A DNA stretch of 64,000 bases, taken from assembly GCF_009914755.1 (NCBI RefSeq), contig NC_060926.1; one strand, written 5' to 3'. The notes below the pieces were generated by a model. That model had not been told where the DNA came from. It saw nothing but the letters and a program-made list of their open reading frames with translations, and searched no databases. The position numbers were made by a program, and so were the translations under genes. This stretch comes from the human T2T-CHM13v2.0 reference genome, Homo sapiens. Below, piece after piece: positions 59,188-64,000 of the stretch (position 1 is its first letter; every line of letters begins with the position of its first letter).

Positions 59188-59863
59188 TCATTCTCTTTGT
59201 GTCACTTTAGTATGTGTACCTCCTGGGTGCTCTCTGTACATTTTTTCTCCTCTATACAAGTCTGTGCCATGGCTTCTGCTGTCATTTCTTCTGCTTTGCT
59301 CTTCACCAGGATTTCGCTGTGCCCGTTTCCTTGTCTCCCTTTGCTTGTAACTACCAGGACTTCTGCTCCGGCTTCTCCGGCTCCTTTCCTCCCTGCCGTG
59401 GCTTCTGCTGCTCCCCTCCTTTCTTTCAGAGCCTCTCTTCTCTGGGCTATGTTTATGGGTTCTGGACTTTTTGTCAGAATCAGAATGGCTCCATTTGCTG
59501 TCCTCCCTAGAACTCTCGTGTTTTAAGAACCTGGGCTTTTCCTTGGCTTTTTCCCGGTTATGGTGACTGCTAGAAAGTTCTTCATGAAGCTTTCTCTTCT
59601 TAGACTTGTCCTTCTCTTCAGAATCACTGTTGTTATGCCCTGAACACTTGTTTTTCTTTCTTTTCTTCCTTTGTATTTTTTTTTCTTTATTGTTACTCTC
59701 ACTCTCACTACTGCTTTCTGAAGTCTCAGTAGAGGAAGAGGAGGAGGAGGAGGAAGATGAGGAAGAAGAGGACTTATGTTTTTTGTGTTTACTTCTGCTC
59801 TTCTGAAACTTTTTCTTTTTTCTATCTTTTTTCTTTTTTTTCTTCTCCAGTCGATCTAATTTC
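59188..59863 (-). CDS. CIR1: CIR1 (corepressor interacting with RBPJ 1) last coding exon, Lys/Ser/Arg-rich
   Basis: Acceptor attacag|G at 59864. Reads (R)KLDRLEKKKKKKDRKKKK..., a poly-Ser run, then ...KMYREHPGGTHTKVTQRE; TGA at 59188-59190. Phase matches the upstream exon. Confidence 0.93.
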
Positions 59864-59975
59864 CTGTAATTGGGAAATAAACAGTAACAGACTGTGTGAA
59901 AAACAGTTATTTCATCAACTGTAAGTTATGAACAAACAATATATTTTCTTAGAAGTTATTAAAAATAGTATCCAT

Positions 59976-60306
<331 letters not shown>

Positions 60307-61349
60307 TTACTAAATGACAACTCATTTTCTTCCTTTAAAATTATTCAAAGCGTGAATACATTAAATTAAAAAATTAAATGCATCAAGCCAATTTTCTGAC
60401 TATACTTCAATAGTAATGACTACTTTTTTGTTAAATTCTTACTGAGTTGAAATTATATAGCACTCTAAAGGGTCATCCTAAAGAAAGCCTGTGAAAGGTG
60501 TGTAACATCAGTTGGAACTACTAAAAAAGCAAATATATAGCTATAATCAGATGAAAAATTAATTTTATGTACTATTTTATAGTATATAAATATTAATCAA
60601 CGTTATCAAAATTCAAGAGAATATTCTCCAGAAATTCTGAGTAAGAGTACACATTAAACTTCTGAAATATTGGTTTTATAAAATAATATAGTTAATACTT
60701 GTTTTCAACAATTGTTTAGTTTTATAAATAGGACAATCCTATTAAAACATTCTGAATTTCTAGAGTACTTCACATTCTTGGAGGAGTAACTTGTTTATAT
60801 GGTATGTTTGAGTTACTCTGAAAATAAGTCTCTAGGTTCTGTCTAGCCATTCTCAAAACTCTACATACTGAAAGCATCATGAGCTCCCTCTATTGGACCC
60901 AGCAGACATTTCTTGGATTCTTTTAATTCAGAGGTAGTCTGTTTAACAAAATTCACGTTTACCTTAAATTTAAGCATTCTTTCTGCATTCTCATAAAATT
61001 TTACAAAACATTTTAAAAATGGCCAAAAATGTTTCCTAAGAACAAATTGTGTGCGAAGATACACACAAATCTATTTTGAAAAGTAAAAGCTATAAATAAG
61101 TCTAATTCTAAATTAAACATTCTGAAAAGTGCAATCGTTTTGTGGTACAATCTGAGTATACAATCTTACACTCATTTCCATGTTACTGAAAAGACAGACA
61201 AAATTGTATTAGCTATGGGTGAAGAATAATCAATAAATGTGATGCATGATATAAGGACCTTCATGAGCTCTTAGGATCAGAGTTGAATACGATACTGAGA
61301 TGAATACTAAGGAAAAAATAAATCTATTAAATATATACTTCTAAATTAC

Positions 61350-61435
61350 CTGAGAAGTTTCTGTTTTTGTTTGGTTGTTAGTGACTTTAAAAATTCAACT
61401 TCTGGATCTTCTTCACCCTCACTTGCAACATACTC
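61350..61435 (-). CDS. CIR1: CIR1 penultimate exon (86 nt)
   Basis: ctcag|GAG ... CTCAG|gtaat; [28 protein letters not shown](R); phase 0 in, phase 2 out. Confidence 0.93.
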
Positions 61436-62308
61436 CTGAGTCAACAAAGATATCATTAAATTGCTAGATTTCAACACAAGGTAGTTAGTAGATAAAAAAG
61501 AAAACATTTATAAATAAGTTTTGTATCAGGGACACACTGTAGATGAATATGATATTTTGGATTGGGAAGTGGGAGAGAATTAAAAAATTTTTTTGTAGTC
61601 TCCCTGCCGAAGTGGATCATACAGCACTAAGAGGTTAACATGACTGCTTTGCCAGCATTAGGAAACTTTTCCAGGAAAAGGATGATAGACACACACAGAT
61701 AAAATGTTTAGAGCATGACTTCCATTCTCTATCTCTTGAATGTTAACTCTTGCCAGTTTAAATACTTTATTTTTAATTTAATGAAATATAAAAAAGAAGA
61801 TTATGAGTTTTACAGGAATGTCAAAATATCCACAATTTTAGCTTTTATTATAATTTCAACAGCACATTATCAAATATATAATAATATAGCCCTTCAAACT
61901 CAATCATTTTCTGGATCTATGTATAGTTTAATAAAATAAATAAGTTTAAAATATTTTCTACAATTTTTAGGAGTTTTTACATACTTCTAACCATTGGTTC
62001 TATTTAATGTCATATCAGGGGTAAGTTAGCAGGAAGGAAAAACCAACAACCTCATCACCAGTTCAGTTAGATATTTTATCCACATAAACTCAGAGGAGCA
62101 GTTTCATTTATTAAAATACAGGTTTATAAACAATTTCTCATTTAGATTAAAATAATAAAGCAAAATCAAAACACATTTTGGGCATTTTCTTTGCTCTATC
62201 TTACTTTCCTATGGATATATGCATATTGGAAAACATTAAGTAGCAATTCACAAGCAATCACATTTAGATTTATAGACATTTTCAGCTTACTGATAAAAAG
62301 ATCATTAC

Positions 62309-62415
62309 CTGTGATGGATCATTTGCGGTCAAGTTTCTCCCCAGTACATTTCGTTTCAGTGCAAACCCACTGTTTCTCATCTCCGCTATTAGCTCCGAGG
62401 GGTGCATCGATGGCC
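62309..62415 (-). CDS. CIR1: CIR1 internal exon (107 nt); upstream exons lie outside the window
   Basis: aacag|GG ... TCACAG|gtaat; [35 protein letters not shown]; phase 0 out matches the next exon. Confidence 0.92.
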
Positions 62416-62895
62416 CTGTTCACAAAAATCACAGTTTGAATGTATCATTTATATCTCTCTACCTTTTTCGGACTCCACAGTAGGAATGCAGTTGAAGCTT
62501 TGTTAAGTAAAATCACAGCTAAATCAACTCAATAATCTTCTGCTGAGCAAATAATCAGATATGATTTTCTAAAACAGCAGTCTGGAGATTCAGAATAGAA
62601 AATAATTGCATTTTTCTTTACGTGCAAGGGGAGTCTTCTTATGTAACTTTGTCATATTGAAAAAGATACATTTAGATGTTATCTGGTTGGCAGTTTTTAG
62701 TATAAAATCAAAGCAAAATATTATAATAAAAAACTACAATTAAACTTTTAGTAGTTATTCTCTCAGTAAGAGTTCATTTAAAAGATGTATTTTTAAAGGT
62801 ACATGAGGAATTTATCATCCTTATTTCCAATTCAAAATTCCTCATCCTTATTTGTCAAATAACAATACTGAATACATTGCCAAGTGGTTGCTAAT

Positions 62896-62934
62896 CACAC
62901 ACACACACACACACACATACACACACACACACAC
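62896..62934. repeat. (CA)n microsatellite in a CIR1 intron
   Basis: Directly visible, with one TA interruption. Confidence 0.92.
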
Positions 62935-64000
62935 CTATGGGTAACCACCAAGTACTTTAATTAATCTTGCTTTTATTCCCAGATTTCAAAATTTTTAATT
63001 ACTAGCTTGGGTTGCTAACAAGCAGTTTTAGGCTGGCTATTGGTATGTATGTTTTATATTTTTTTACACTACACTTCCACTTTTGCAAAATCTCAGACTG
63101 AAAAGTGAGCTTTTTGTTTCCCAAATATGAACTAACAATAAATTTTAAAAATTTTCAGCTGGGAGTGGTGACTCATGCGTGTAATCCCAGCATTTTGAGA
63201 GGCAGAGGCGGGAGGATCACTTGAGCCCAGGAGGCCAACTTGGCCAACATGGCAAAACCATGTCTCTAAATAAATAAATAATTTTTTTTTAAAGGTTTGC
63301 CCCCTGCCCTCAAACATAAGGTTTATGTAAGGTAAGAGAGACTCTTATCTCATTTTGTATATTCCTGTTTCATTTTGTTTTCCCTGCAGATAGCAAACTA
63401 ATGACAACATTTCATGGCAGCTATTTAAAGTTGCCAGCCTAAATCACCTACACTGGCTTAAATGACGTACTCCAGCTGATGTGTCTGTCACTTAGGGAAG
63501 AATGAGACAGTTACTGCCAAAAAGGAGTTCATACGGGAGGGTAGGGGGATAGAAAAATATTCAGAAATGAGTTCTTTAGTTTGCTGGTTGAATACTTTGT
63601 CTATTTCTTTTTACTGCTTTGTTGGTCTTTTACCACTTATTTGCGCACTCACCTGCATATTATCATGGAAAGCAAAAGGCAATCAGTTCAAATTTGTTTA
63701 CCTGTCAATAGCAGATGTGGTTAAAAATTTGGTGAGAAAAACTCAGTTATAAGATAATATATTTTACTGGACTTTCCAGGCTTTACCATTCCATTCATAT
63801 TGCGAAGAACAACTGTAAGTTTGCCCTAGGTACTAGGGAGATGATGGGGAAAAACTGTCTATTATTGGAGTATGGGGGAAGTTATTAATGATGTCATAGT
63901 TTTAGGAAAAAAAGCCTTATTTAGTTAAAAACAAACAAAAACACCTGTCTTATATTAATATTTCATTTTAAACCAAGAGGGTTTTTAATTTTTTTCTTCT

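Noticed and set aside
59104-59806. Plus-strand ORFs (hydrophobic, poly-Glu)
   Set aside because: Antisense shadows of the Lys/Ser-rich CIR1 last exon.

Overview
Primate (almost certainly human) genomic DNA, recognisable as the SP9-CIR1 locus (chr2q31.1 from recall). It has three parts. (1) 1-36.2 kb is a dense retroelement stack: L1PA, a 5'-inverted L1M, nested L1M/L1MA, about 35 Alus, MaLR LTRs and MER20/MER58. It also holds two minus-strand processed pseudogenes, of LRRC2 and HNRNPA1. (2) About 36.2-56.7 kb is a ~20 kb domain with no recognisable Alu or L1, made of CpG islands alternating with AT-rich TAAT-motif blocks. It contains the two-exon SP9 gene (484 aa) and a probable upstream spliced lncRNA. 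(3) 58.7-64 kb holds the last three exons of the convergent CIR1 gene. Most ORFs in the supplied track are Alu/L1 or GC-rich shadow ORFs. I found no convincing new biological system. The best leads are candidate homeodomain/POU enhancer blocks, a pure GCG polyalanine tract in SP9, a splice-created micro-ORF upstream of SP9, and several well-preserved retrotransposition scars. Repeat subfamily names and parent-protein comparisons come from memory, not from a search.
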